A DNA stretch of 64,000 bases from Ramazzottius varieornatus (lineage: Eukaryota; Animalia; Tardigrada): the NCBI GenBank assembly GCA_001949185.1, contig BDGG01000001.1, forward strand, positions 2,091,548-2,155,547. Direction: 5' to 3'. The notes under the pieces were generated by a model. That model had not been told where the DNA came from. It searched no databases and worked only from the letters and a program-made list of their open reading frames with translations. This document shows, piece after piece, positions 37,501 through 49,691 of the stretch (the first letter of the stretch is position 1; each line of letters begins with the position of its first letter). A program made the position numbers and the translations under genes.

Positions 37501-39674
37501 TAGAAGTCGGGCCGAAATTGGTCGTCTGACAGTGTCAATCTTTTTCCCTCCACTGCCACCGTGCGCAGCCACATCGTTCTGAGCGCCATGTGATGCACAG
37601 CTTTAACTGGGTGAGCACTGCGTCATAAGCTGCGCGACATCAGAACTACGCCTTCCGACAGGTGAAAATCGTAGTTCCGGCAGTGTTGGACAACAGTGCT
37701 GGTGGAAAAATGATTGCACTACCGGATGGCTTGCCATGGTGCTTTTTTAATTACAGCACGCACCTGTTTTGCCTGTTTGCGTCTGTTTGTAGAGAAACCA
37801 CCAACGGTCTCTCAACTTTTTATGTCCTCGGTGGTTATTTTCGTTGATTAGTCAATTGAAGAAAACTGTAAGAGAATTGACTATGTACTGGTGATAAAAA
37901 AGCTATTCGCAAACCGGTTCAAACCGGTGGTTTATGTGGTTTGGTTTAAATGTTTTGGTTTGGAGTTTGGACCAGACCACTTTTGGTGGTTTGCGGGAGA
38001 AACCATTTTCATTTAACCGGTTTGGCATGCAAACCACCACTTGAACCAAACCAAGCGAAACCATATGGTTCAAACCATTAACAGCTCTACTTCACGATCC
38101 TGATGAATGAAGCCAAGAAGCAGAGAAAACGAGGAGCGTCAGATAGAATCGAGACAAGAGCAGCGATGGACGGGTGTTTTATCCAGCGTCCAGCCTTATT
38201 TCGAAAATTGCGCAGTTGTCTTGTGCGACCGGCCACGGACCGATAGAACTGACAGCTTAGTCATGGATGCGGATATCCTGTCTTTACTACCCAGGAGACC
38301 CATTGCTCGAACAACCTTCAAAAGGGTTGTTCAAGATTGGGAAAACTATCGATTCGTTGATTGTCGTTTTTGAGTTAGACAGATGTTGGGAAGCCGTTCT
38401 CTGGTTTCGGTATTCCACTCGGTGAATCATCCGATCCATCGCTGAGCAAAAGTTGCCCTAAATTTAATTAGAACCGGGGATATGAACACAAAGCACCTTA
38501 AGGTCAACCAAACTGAACGTCGCCGCGATGACGTAACCGCGACAGATCGACCCAAAAGCCTGGAATAAACTTGATTTGTAGATCTTTAGGTTTTCAGGTC
38601 AATGTAGTCTTAGTAGACTACCCACCCAGGTGCCGTAATGCTGAGCCTACCGGAGCACGTGGTCGGGTAGCCTACCAGGGTGAACAGCCTTAATGTACGG
38701 GACTGAAAAAGCTACGGATTTTGACAATGAGTACTTTCGATGTATGAAATTGTTACTTATTGCCGAGAGGAATGCCGAGATTTTAAATCAATAGTGTGCT
38801 TTTTGACTTCATGGAAAACTATCAAGTCTTGCGCGGAACTACTGCTCATATTCTACCCGCATGAACAGATAATAAATCGCGACTTTTGTAGGCGATAGAC
38901 AAACATTGTCGAACAAGGAGCGGCTTTACGGGGATTAGAGACGTCGATTCCCTCAACCCAGTTCCCGATGACATCCAGCAAAGCTATTTCATGGCGGAAA
39001 CACTCAAGTACCTATACCTGGTGTTCCTGGATGACGATATACTCCCATTGGATACGTGGGTGTTCAATACGGAAGCCCATCCTCTTCCTGTTATAGGTAC
39101 GTGAACCTATACGCATACCGATTTCCGACAGCTTACTTCCGGAAAACCAGCCGTACCTACCTGAAAATTGACCTGGGCTTCGGGCAAACCAGCTTTCCAT
39201 CTCGCGGAGGCGTGTAATTATCTAGGCATCTAAATATCATAATCCGCTCGATAATCGATTTGAAGAAAAATTGCCAAAGAAAGCCAGCCCAAATTAGAAT
39301 CGTGAAGCACACTGGCACGCGATAGACACCCATGACGTCAAAGAGCCAAGTTGATCTCATTGGTGACTGGCACAGCGTACTGTGACGTCATACGCTACTT
39401 GCTGCAGAGACTGCGCTCTCGTCCCTTCTCGCTCGTCGTTCATTCGTCGTATCTTCTAGGTTCCGAACCGTTCCAGAGAGCTTACCAAGCCTGGACTGGG
39501 CATTCTTTTGTGCCACACCGAGCTTCCCGAGTGGACACATCGTTCAAAGACTCGATGCAGTCCGCCTTTCTGACCGGGAACCGGACATTCCATCTGTCCA
39601 CGTCAACTTCATGTCGACCCGTCGCTTATCTGGTCTTTGTACTTTTTGCTTTTGCTCTGGTGTTTCTCTCTTGA
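34521..39674 (+). CDS. Class I alpha-1,2-mannosidase (GH47, Golgi MAN1A-like)
   Basis: Motifs MMKHAWDSYATYAWGDNEL, GLTIIDSLDTL, SVFEANIRLVGGLLS, GTLHLEF, ADSFYEYLLK, HLACFVGG, LRPEVVESYFY, QQSYFMAETLKYLYL, WVFNTEAHP. N-terminal TM WLVTAFVCLTMMLFLY. Confidence 0.92.
37261..38089. mobile_element. Non-autonomous hAT-superfamily DNA transposon (829 bp) in mannosidase intron
   Basis: Perfect 10-bp TIRs TAGAGCTGTT / AACAGCTCTA. Perfect 8-bp TSD CTTCACGA (37253-37260 and 38090-38097). Dense subterminal AAACCA/TGGTTT repeats. Confidence 0.9.
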
Positions 39675-41150
39675 TCTGCAGTCGAGCTTGATTGATTTGA
39701 ATTCGGATTGGTTTATCGTAAACAACGGATTTTCAGGATTTTTGCTGTCTTTAGAATTTATATTTTTCGTTCGTGTTCCTCTGTGATAATTACCGTGTAC
39801 TTCTGATCGACTTATCGTTGTTGAGGATTATCGCCTCGGATGTGATGCAAGAAAGAAACTTGACTAATTGATCCACACGTGGTAAGGGGGTTGTTGAGCG
39901 GTAAACGGAGTATCGATGACGGTGGAATAGGCGGAGAGAAGAGTTTCGAGCGGCCTTCGTTGATATCCATCCTGGTAAGCGCAATTGATTTTCACATCTC
40001 TTCTCTGTAAGCTGTTCTTGCTCCATGATGGTTTATGTTGTTTTCATCGACGGAAGGTTGGGCTACGGCATCTACGGTGGACGGATCTCTGGCTTGTGCT
40101 CTGTATCACGCAGCAGCTAGTAAACTTGAAGAGTTAGCTGCACGCGGTTATGATCCGTACTGACTTGGGGGATGAGAGCGCGACGCCTGAACAAAAGATG
40201 TCTCTACGGCCTTTTGCCTGCATACCAAAGTACACAAGAGCGTATCTGCGCCACCAGAGAGAACGAGCTGCTTCAGCGCGCGAGAGAGTAGCTAGCTCGA
40301 TCGAGGCTGCTGCCAACAGCTGAACGAGAGAAGAAGGTCAGGACCGTCAGGCAAGTAACGACACAGTACAAACTACGCCAGCGAGACTCGCGCTCATAGC
40401 AGGGCTGAATATGAATCAACGAAGTAACTGACAAATGATTCAGACAATCTGCAGTGTTTCTTGTTTGTAGAAGGCAACAGCATTGCCTCGTACGGCGCTT
40501 ACAACAGTTGTCTAACTTGGCTGCTTGTTATCACCCACAGGGAAGGAAAGCATACAAGCAAGCCTCCATCCATCGTACAGCCAGCGAAGGAAGGATTCCA
40601 TATTTCAAACATCATCACTCGGAAATGATGATCGCGCCCGTAAGAATTATATTGTAGTGCATGTTTTGGACCTTTTGGTCCTTTTGCGCCTTTCGAAACA
40701 GGTTTGATGCCACTCTACTGTGCTTTGATACTGATTATCCCCTTCTGAACAACGAAACGTGACTACTGTACCATGTAATGTACTTCAACACGGCCATGCA
40801 CCATCCGGATTCATTATCACGTTTGTGAATTAGAGAAGATTCTCTTCTTCTTCCTCCTCTTCCATTACCACACTCACATTCTTCTTCCGACATCTATCCC
40901 GCTTATCCCCGGATCATCATCATAATCGGTCTTAGCTCTGATGTGGTAGATGATCTATGGACTGATTCGGCAGCCTTTTATATGCGTCATAATTATTTTA
41001 TCAGGTATGTTATCAGGTTGCTCATAGTTTATTGCATGACTTATATCGATGTTTTCTCTTTCTAGAATTCTCCATTAAACCATCATAAATGGCCACCCAA
41101 CGATAGTGGATACCTTACCGAACCTTGGCATATGAGAATGCGCGAAACCA

Positions 41151-44100
41151 AAAAGTCACAGAAGATTAGCAGTCCCATCTCGGCGCAGCTCGCATCAAGT
41201 GGCGCAAACGCTGCTGATGCTTCTCCACAAGTGCCTGCTGCCAGCCCAATCAACCGACAACCCAAGACACCGAAATCAAGCGACAGTGGAGCTCCTGGTA
41301 CACCAAACAGCAGTGCGAACAGTGCGTTTTTGTATTACAGAAGAATAAATTGCCGAGTATATTCTGCATAGTGAATTCGTTACCCATATTTTTCCGACTA
41401 TCTTAACTCCACCTCCAAATTTTGTCGAATTTTTCCACCTATTACCTTAAGCAGCCAAGTTTGAGAACGGAATTTATTTTTCTTTATTTTTTAAATTTCG
41501 TTTCGTGCTTTCTCGATTTGCGGTAGATTCGAATTTGATTTTGAATATTCCAAAACTTGGTTTTTGCAGAAGCAGAATGGCCGCCCCAGGTACCAACGCC
41601 GAATGGTTCGGACAAGCAGTCTATCATGGACAGCCAGGTGAGGTCCGTCAAGTCCGAGTCGGGCTTCTTCTCGGACATGCCTCCGCCAACGCCGGAACGA
41701 TGTAGCAGTGCCAGCATCACCATGACCAGTCAGCCAAATACGCCGGGAATGGCCCAGCAGTCTTCCCGACGGTCTCCCGCCAGCGCGATCTCAGCTTCCG
41801 CACAACAGAACCAAATAACGATTCCAAATTCCCCTTCTCTCATCAAGTCGGAAGACCCCATGGACAAGCTCGCTCAGATGACCAGTAGCCTTGGCTCGGG
41901 AAACTCTTTTGGGTCCGTCGGCTCACAACGATCTCCGGCGGCCATTTCGGCGCCCAACACTCCTGGCTACGCACCCAGTGTAAGACCTTCCACAGCCATG
42001 AGCCTGTCTTTTCTAGTCCATTTCTGTTGAGAAACGCTTCAAAGAAGGGTACCGTGATGATTTTCCCTTCAAAATTGGAGCAACCGCAAAGAACTTGAGC
42101 AGCATTGTGTTGCCAGGTGGCGCACACCTGCAGTCTAGAACAGGGAGGATGTGCGCCACTTGGGAAAGCGATCATGTTTATTTACCGACGTCCCACCTAG
42201 TTTAAGTCTATTTTTTTAAGAATCTCCCAGAGTTTCTTTGCGAGACGAAATCTCTTTGAGTTTATTGTAGTAATTTCAGCAGAAATGTTGTTTTTTTAAA
42301 TTTGGTTATTTTTCATTGAACAGCAATCTGGGGAAAAAATGTGTGAAAGAAGTTGCGTGGTTGATTTTTGGTGTGGCTATTGTGGGTTTACTCTTTCCTT
42401 TCCAGAGTATGCAGAGTATGCACGGTGCTCCAAGTCCCGCCGGAAGTATGCACGGCCCCTTCCCCGGTCATCATCCACAGCAGCAGCACGCCATGATGGC
42501 TCAACAAATGCCTCAGCAGCAGCAGCTGCAAGCGCCCATCATCGACAAAGCACAACAGATACCTGACCAGCCTTACATGCAGCAACAAAGTCTTGTGTAT
42601 GTTTATACGACAGCACAAGCCAACGAAGCAGCCGATATGCTGAGCAAAGGATTGATAAGGAAGATTGGCGAGTACCACACCAACCAGCGACCCAATGCAC
42701 GCAAGTTCGTCAACCAGTTCCATCAAGAACAAATGCAGCAGCAGCACCTCATGGGCCAACCTGTCCAGCCTCCGCAAGGATGGGACCCGAGTATGCTCCA
42801 GCAAGACCCGACCGGGATGATGGGGCAGATGGAAGGCGGACAACCTCGAATGCCTATGCGCCATCCACAACAGGTAAGAACAGAAGGGACCTTCTATCTT
42901 TGATATCAACTTGGACGTGAACGAACCGTAGAAAACCGCCCGCGTCAAACCTATAGGAACCCATTAATAAAAACGACACAAAGGTTACAGTATAGCGTAA
43001 AGCGTAAATTAAGGGTTTGAGATATGAATGTACACTGACCATCTAGTTGCAGAAGTAAGCAATGGAAAAATTCCAAAATCTCCCGACAAATTTCTTACAT
43101 CTTCTGACGTGTGATTCATATTCCGCAGTTTGCCAACGGTGGGATTCCTGGCCAAATGTACGGTATCCCACCCAACGAGGGTATCCCTACCATGAACGGA
43201 CAGAACCCCAACATGGCCGCGGCCGCAGCCAGCCACGCTCAACTAGTACGCCAAAAGAAGCTGGAAGAACTCCATTCGATGGAGCGTCAGCTTCTCCCTG
43301 ACAATTCTTCCATGAGCCTCGTACCTGACGAGAGCTCCCAGCTCCCGGTTCGGCCACCTCCGCCCTACAGCAATGCCACCGGCCGGAGTACAGGACGCAT
43401 CACGACGACGACTGTCGGTCGAAAGCGGACCCATACTCAGCTGCAACAAGGAGAGTTCGTCCAGCAGACTAGCATGGGCTCCATGCCGCAGATGGTCAGC
43501 CAGGAAGCGCATTACACCAGATCGACACAAGATGTGGACTCGATGATCAAGACTGAAACTACCTTCATGCCGGTTCCTTCCCCGCAACCGATACAGTATG
43601 TGGGGACTCACCTCGACCAGGAAGTGACGATACAGAAGCAGCCCAACAGGAACTTTATCAGGGCACCGGGAAGTGTTCGGCAACCCGGCATGCAAATGCA
43701 TCCCAGGTACTGTGACGTTTTTTCTTGCTGTACAATGGACGCCGCTTTTATAAACCTGCCTAAAGTATGTGGTGCGTTCGGCGTATCACGATGTATCCAA
43801 GTGGGTGAGGGGCGATCGTAAATTTCAGTTGTGTCTCACGTACCTACATGCAGAAGTTCCATTGGAATGTGCCAATCAGTTGTATGCATGTTCGTGAAGG
43901 CCATGATTCTTTGGCTGGTCAGCTTGTATGAAGCTTCCATCAATTCGTGCTGTAAGTTGGGTGTGTTTTACAGGTATGGCGGACCAGGAGGTATGACACC
44001 GCAGTCCATGATGGCCATATCGCAGCAACAGCAGGAATTTGCTGCTTCCCAGCAAGCCTCAGCGGAGGCCAGTCGCACACAAGCAATCTTTCACGCACAA

Positions 44101-45106
44101 CAGCAGCAAATGGAAGCCAATATGCGCGCTCAGCAATTCCATGGAGGCACTATGCCAAATGGTCCTCCTACAACCATGGGTCCACAAACCGTCAATAATA
44201 CCTATGTCAACGCCAAAATTGCCATTGAGCACGTCAACATCCAGAACATGCCATCAGGTACCATACAGCATTCCAAACAGTCCCGCTTGAATTTTTGCAG
44301 AGTTTTCTGTTGATCGATATTTTTCAGGTTTCTTTCACGGTTTCCTTGATATCATTGTTAATTTTTCAGGGACGTATACTGACCAGTACAGTGGTCAGCC
44401 CGCTCTGATCAGCGCGCAGTCCGAAATGTACGGGGCACAGCCCGGACAGGTTCCCCAGTCAGGGCCGAGCCACGCTCAAATGATGCAGCACCAGGCTCAT
44501 ATAAACATGCTGCAACAACAACAAGCACAAGAACAAAACTTCCAAATACAGCAACAGCAGATGCAAATGGCACAAGCACAACAACAGCAATCAAGTCAGT
44601 ACGATTCCTCACCGCAGATTCACATCAAACCCACACAGCCCAATACTATCCAGTACCTTCCCACGGCGCGACCTCCCCTCAAATCAGGACCACGGCCACC
44701 GCCCAACTTGGACTTCCTTCAGCCCTGGACGGGTTCAGGCCTTCCACGAGGACAGCTTCCGCCTCCTCAGGTCCAGCAAGGACAGCAGCAGCAGCAGCAG
44801 CTTCCGCCTGGCTACCGCATGAACCCTCAGCAGTTACAGGCTGGTCAGATGCAGGGACAATTCTCTCACATGAATCTCAGTGAAGGCGGGGATCCCAACG
44901 GCATGGCGGGTTATGCCACTTACGGACCGGCACCTACGCAAGCACAGCAGTCTCAACAGCAACAGCAGCAGCAGCAGCAGCAGCAGATGGCAGCTCAACA
45001 GCAGCAGCAAATGCTGTCTAATGATCCTCAGTACGCAGCTCAGTTTCAGCAGTTCCAACAGCGCCTCTACGCTACCAATGTGGCGCAGTCGGGGCAATCT
45101 TCGTAG
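41151..45106 (+). CDS. BCL9: BCL9/Legless, Wnt/beta-catenin coactivator
   Basis: HD1 VYVYTTAQANEAA; HD2-like RQKKLEELHSMERQLLPD; PVPSPQPIQY..QEVTIQKQPN; PNTIQYLP; PPPNLDFLQ; DPQYAAQFQQFQQRLYATN. Gln/Pro/Met-rich. Confidence 0.88.
42115..42161. repeat. Palindromic element core (BCL9 intron)
   Basis: AGGTGGCGCAC-N25-GTGCGCCACTT; outer TTTACCGACGTCCC. Confidence 0.85.
44957..45009 (+). repeat. Coding CAG/CAA microsatellite (polyQ) in BCL9
   Basis: CAGCAACAGCAGCAGCAGCAGCAGCAGCAG run. Confidence 0.85.
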
Positions 45107-45182
45107 AGAAGTTCGACAGTATCTCTTTCTTCTTCCTCCCTCGCTCACACGTACAAAAGGTTGGCCCGGATCACGCTGAAAC

Positions 45183-45302
45183 GGGACGTCGGCACGCGAC
45201 TTGAATATGATTGTTTACTCAAGTGGCGCACATTTTCGGCCAATAACTTGAGACGTGCGCCACTTGTGGTAACGATCATGTCCACTTAGTTTGCCGACAT
45301 AT
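45183..45302. repeat. Palindromic element just 3' of the BCL9 stop
   Basis: Perfect arms 45221-45231 and 45255-45265, spacer 23; outer GGGACGTCGGCA / TTGCCGACAT. Confidence 0.85.
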
Positions 45303-46073
45303 CAAATATTTTTGATGGATCTAATGCTTTTATTTTTATTTGCAGTTTACTTTTGGTCTCCGGAAATGACACTAAAGACTGTATTATTCTTTTTCTTCTC
45401 AAGTTTTTATTTTAACTTTAAAACTTGTTTATTTAAATGCAAAAAGAAGTGTTATCAGTAGTTAGTTGCCTTTACTGGTCTTTCCTGGTTTGCATAACAT
45501 GCCTTGCATATCTTTTTCAAGTTTTAGCTTTTTGCGACTTGTCGTATTTGAATATCTTATTGGCTTCCGCTTGAAGGCACCGAAATTGTCTCGCGTATTC
45601 CCGTGAAGCATTTGCTTCGTTCTGAGCAGCATTTTTATTTGAAGTATTAATTTCCTTTTCTGGTTCTCTTCCAATGATTAAAAGTCGGAAACTCTGCAAA
45701 AATTCATGAAAAAATACTTGGTAGGATGCGGTTTCCATGAATTGCAGGCGCTGGTCAGCGTTAACATCGTCTATCAGCCACGGGGGAAATGGTTTACAAG
45801 TAGCTGACTAACGAACCGAACTACACGTTTCGATGTCTCCGCAGTTTTCAAATATGGATGGCAATTTCAAAGCTGCTTTCCAGGTGAATTTTCGAAAGAC
45901 GAGTCTTCAACGCATGCTTCGCATCACCTGATTCGCCCTTGAAACTTTTCGTACATAACGCAGCGGAAGCCGGCGTATTTTGAGTCTTGGTAGATCTTCG
46001 GTTCAGTTTCCGGTGTTTGTTTTCAGCGAGAGCCTGTCTCTGTTTCACCTGAACCCAGCAAGCTCAGTCCGCC

Positions 46074-47054
46074 ATGGCTGCCATCTTCCTGATTTCCGCC
46101 CTCTTGGTGACACTGAGCAGCGCCGCGCGGCCACTTTCACCTCACGCGGTGGTGCACCACGGAACTCCCGTTGACGCTGCCGATCCGAAACCGGTATGTG
46201 CTGTCTGAACGACAATTAGCTCTACATCTCATGCTTTTACTCCGTTTTTTAGCACAAGAACGTCCATCGCTCCTTCTCGATCGCTGATGTCCAGGTGAAG
46301 GACTTCAGTATGACTTCCTGCGGACCCAAGGATATGCTTGAGATCAAGGAGATCAAGCTCACTCCAGGTACGGACAACCCCTAGCCATCAGATCTGGCCC
46401 AGTGCGAAAAAGTTGTAACCTGGCATTTCTCGATACAGACTTAAAGTTGACCGTCGATGTCGTGGTGAAGACATCCTTGGATGAGACTGAACCGATAACG
46501 GTATGAAAGACGAAACGCAGCGGCGCAGCCTAAATATCAGCATTCATGGTCTGAAGTTTCCGCCTGTTTGATTCCAGGTGGATGTTACCTTGAAGAAAAA
46601 AGTCCCATTCATGGGATGGATAACCGTCCGTAAGTCTAGTGACCAACCAGGTATACTTCTGTCATTCTGTGCTGAAAGGTTTGATTGATCTCTTTAGAGA
46701 GCCGCCACATTGCCGATGCCTGCAGCCTGGCCAAGAAATTCGAGGACAAGTGCGCCGCCAACCCCTTCGTAAAGGAAAACAACCTGCCCTGCTCGTGCCC
46801 AGCTCCTGCAGTAAGTTCCCTGTGCCAACGTTTACCGGTATGAAGGCATGTTCATGAAACGTAAGAATCGTATCTTGTAGGGCGAGTACAAAGTGAAGGA
46901 TCTGGACCTCAAAAAGATGGTCATGGAAGCTAAACAACAGCGTTCCCTCGGTTCCATGCTGGCTGGTGGCCGGTACAGCTCAAGAATGGAGATGAAACAA
47001 CAAGGCAGAGTCATCGCATGCAGCAACGTCGACCTCAACCTGGTGATGCCTTGA
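46074..47054 (+). CDS. Secreted GM2-activator/MD-2-related lipid-recognition (ML) domain protein, copy 1 (6 exons)
   Basis: Signal MAAIFLISALLVTLSSA; FSMTSCG..LEIKEIKLTP; VDVTLKKKVPFMGWITVP; DAC; LPCSCPAPAGEY; GRYSSRMEMKQQGRVIACSNVDL. Confidence 0.75.
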
Positions 47055-47819
47055 AGTCGATCATATCGTCTGCTCGAAGCCTTGATTTACCGAAAACTAA
47101 TTTAACAGTAACGTGTGTTTTTGTTGGTGCTGAATAGTTTAATGTTGAACTTGAAGAACCAGGTACTACAGTGATATCTGCGCCAAGTGAAATACAGTTA
47201 TTCCTGCACAAGTTCGTTATTGCCGAGGGAATCATGATTTGATCAAGGCCTGAGGAACAGACAATACTGGAGTGGGTGTCGAATCGTTCCCCCTATGCAC
47301 ATTCCCGTGAAGCTTTCGCTTTGTTCTGAGCAGCATCTGTATATGAGGAGTTGATTCCTTCTCCGGTTCCCTTCCAATGATGAAAAGCTGTAAATTCTAG
47401 ATTAGCAAGAAAACGAAATATATCACTTGTCAAGATGCCATTCCCGGAAATTCCACATCTACAAGCTCGTAAGCAGTATCAACGCTCATCAGTCACAGAG
47501 TAACGTTTCATAAGTAGCTGACTAACGAACCCAACTGCACGTTTTGATGTCCCCGAAATTCTTCAAATATGGGTTGAATTCTAAAACCGCTTTCGAGGCG
47601 AATTTCGGAAAGGCGAGTCCCCAATACACTCTGCTCGTCACCCGATCGATCCACCTTGACAATTTTCGTATATATCGCGAATGAAGACGGTTTAGGGAAC
47701 CTTATAGTTAAAGTCTTAAGAGTTTTTCGGTTAGTGTTCTCATTGTCTGCTTCCAGCGGGGCCAGCAGTCTTCACTCAGTCACTCTCATCTGCAGGTCAA
47801 CCCGGATGTACCACTCGTC

Positions 47820-48800
47820 ATGACGGCCATCTTTCTGATTTCCGCCTTCTTGGTGACACTGAGCAGCGCTGTGTTGGTACCTCCACCTCACGCAGTGGTG
47901 CACCAAGGAACTTCTGTTCATGCTGTCAAGGCGGAGCCAGTATGTGTTGTCCGCGGAAGGTGGATATCACAAGAAGCTCAGCACCTCATTTGTACCGGTT
48001 CTTTTTAGCACCTGAACGTCCATCGCTCCTTCTCGATTGCCAACGTCCAGGTCCGCGACTTCAGCCTTACTTCTTGCGGACCCAACGATCTGGTGGAGAT
48101 CAAGGAAGTCAAGCTCACCCCAGGTAAAATATAAGCACGTACTGTACAACCCTTTGCCTGTAGTGCTTGGCCGGAAGCTCTGACTCTTTCTTGATAGAAC
48201 TGAAACTCAACCTCGATGTTGTACTGAAGAAGCCGCTGGACGCTGCTGCCCCAATTTCGGCATGAAGATGCTTGAATAGCCCCTTTTTCGAGGTTGACGC
48301 CGGCTTGATTTTAGGTGGATGTCGGCGTGCAAAAGCAGTTCCCCTTATAGGATGGAAATCCGTTCGTAAGTTCTTCAAGTCGTTGACTTGCCGAGTTTCC
48401 AACTTAATTGTGTAACTGATGGTCTGCTTATTCTCCTCAGATAGTCGTCATGTTGCCGACGCTTGCAGTATGGCCGAGAAATTCGAGGACATGTGCGCCG
48501 CCAACAGTTTTGTGAAGGAAAACAACCTTCCGTGCTCTTGCCCGGCTTCCGCAGTAAGTTCCTCGCCCACATACCCGTCCAACGGCACGGAAGGTCGTGT
48601 ATGAATTACGGAATTGTTTTTTGTAGGGAGAGTACAAGCTGAAGGACCTGAAGGACACTGAAAAGATGGTTCTGGAAGCCAAACAACAACGCGCCTTCGG
48701 TTCGATGCTGGCTGGTGGCCGCTACTACGCAAAGGTCATCATGAAGCAAGAAGGCAAAGTCATCGGATGCGGCAACTTCAACCTCAACGTGTCGCTGTAA
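47820..48800 (+). pseudogene. GM2A/ML-like copy 2 with a 1-nt frameshift in exon 4 (pseudogene or assembly error)
   Basis: Same exon structure as copy 1. Exon 4 is 51 nt versus 52 nt and reads TTC CCC TTA TAG. Intron 3 donor is GCATGA instead of GTATGA. Confidence 0.6.
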
Positions 48801-49691
48801 CGTCGCTCTACGGCTGTACGAGTACTTCAAATTCCGTCCGACTAGCTCAAAAATTTCGCAGCGATGTGTGTTTTAATTAGTTCGAATACTTGATATTGAA
48901 CTTTAAGTTTATATAAGAAACCAGTAGCGACATTGGCCAAGTAAAATACAATCATTCCTGTACACCGTAGTTATTGCTTCGGGAATCGGGATTCGACTAG
49001 GCACAGGCAAAAAACTTATTGCTTTGCTGTCCAAGAGTAGGATATTATCCACAGTAATGACTAGAAACACTCATCCAAATCTGCAAGCAATGCATATTTA
49101 ATAAATGTAGCACGACGACACCGCAAGCCGACATTCTCAACTAGGAGGAACTGCAGTTCAAAGCTTCGAGATCAAAGTCTGAAATTTTAAAGAGATGACG
49201 AAAACCAAGGTACGCATGCGCAGTGTGCAGAAAACAAGTATAGGACGAAAGGCGGAAAAATAAAGGAGCAAACTCAAAAAACAAAAAATGGATCTAATAA
49301 ATAAGGAGAGTAATAAGTTAGAGGAATTCTACTGTAAGTAACTCACAGGTCACCCGAACAAAACAACCGAACGGTTAACTTGAGAAACGCACGAAGACGC
49401 TACGTTCTCGGGTAGTACAACGTCGCAAGCTTGAGAGGTCCATCTCGTAAAACTGCAGGAATATATCTTTGTCATGGGGTAAATTCGACTAAAGTGTGAC
49501 GAGAAAACTTCTTTGTGGGAATAGGTCGGGGGGACTACACCGAAAGTGAGCTAGGTCGATACTTGATGCTATATCCATCCAACACCAGGATTGATTGACT
49601 GTCTTCTCTTCGACTAAGTGGGTATTCTTCCCAGCCTGAGATCTCTCACGCTTGAGTAGAGGAGAGTGCTTGGTTTTATTACTTATGGTTT

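Larger units (their letters stand above)
45590..49000 (+). repeat. Tandem segmental duplication, ~1.7-kb unit (~45590-47250 and ~47295-49000) including promoter and 3' flank
   Basis: Shared non-coding blocks, e.g. ATTCCCGTGAAGC..GTTCTGAGCAGCAT (45597/47301), AAGTAGCTGACTAACGAACC (~45798/~47512) and CAAGT.AAATACA..ATTCCTG (~47184/~48938). Confidence 0.85.

Noticed and set aside
38613-38675. GC-rich hairpin GTAGACTACCC..GGGTAGCCTAC
   Set aside because: Single instance with no element boundaries or RNA family recognised.
42388-45148. Long Leu-rich minus-strand ORFs
   Set aside because: Antisense of CAG-rich BCL9 exons.
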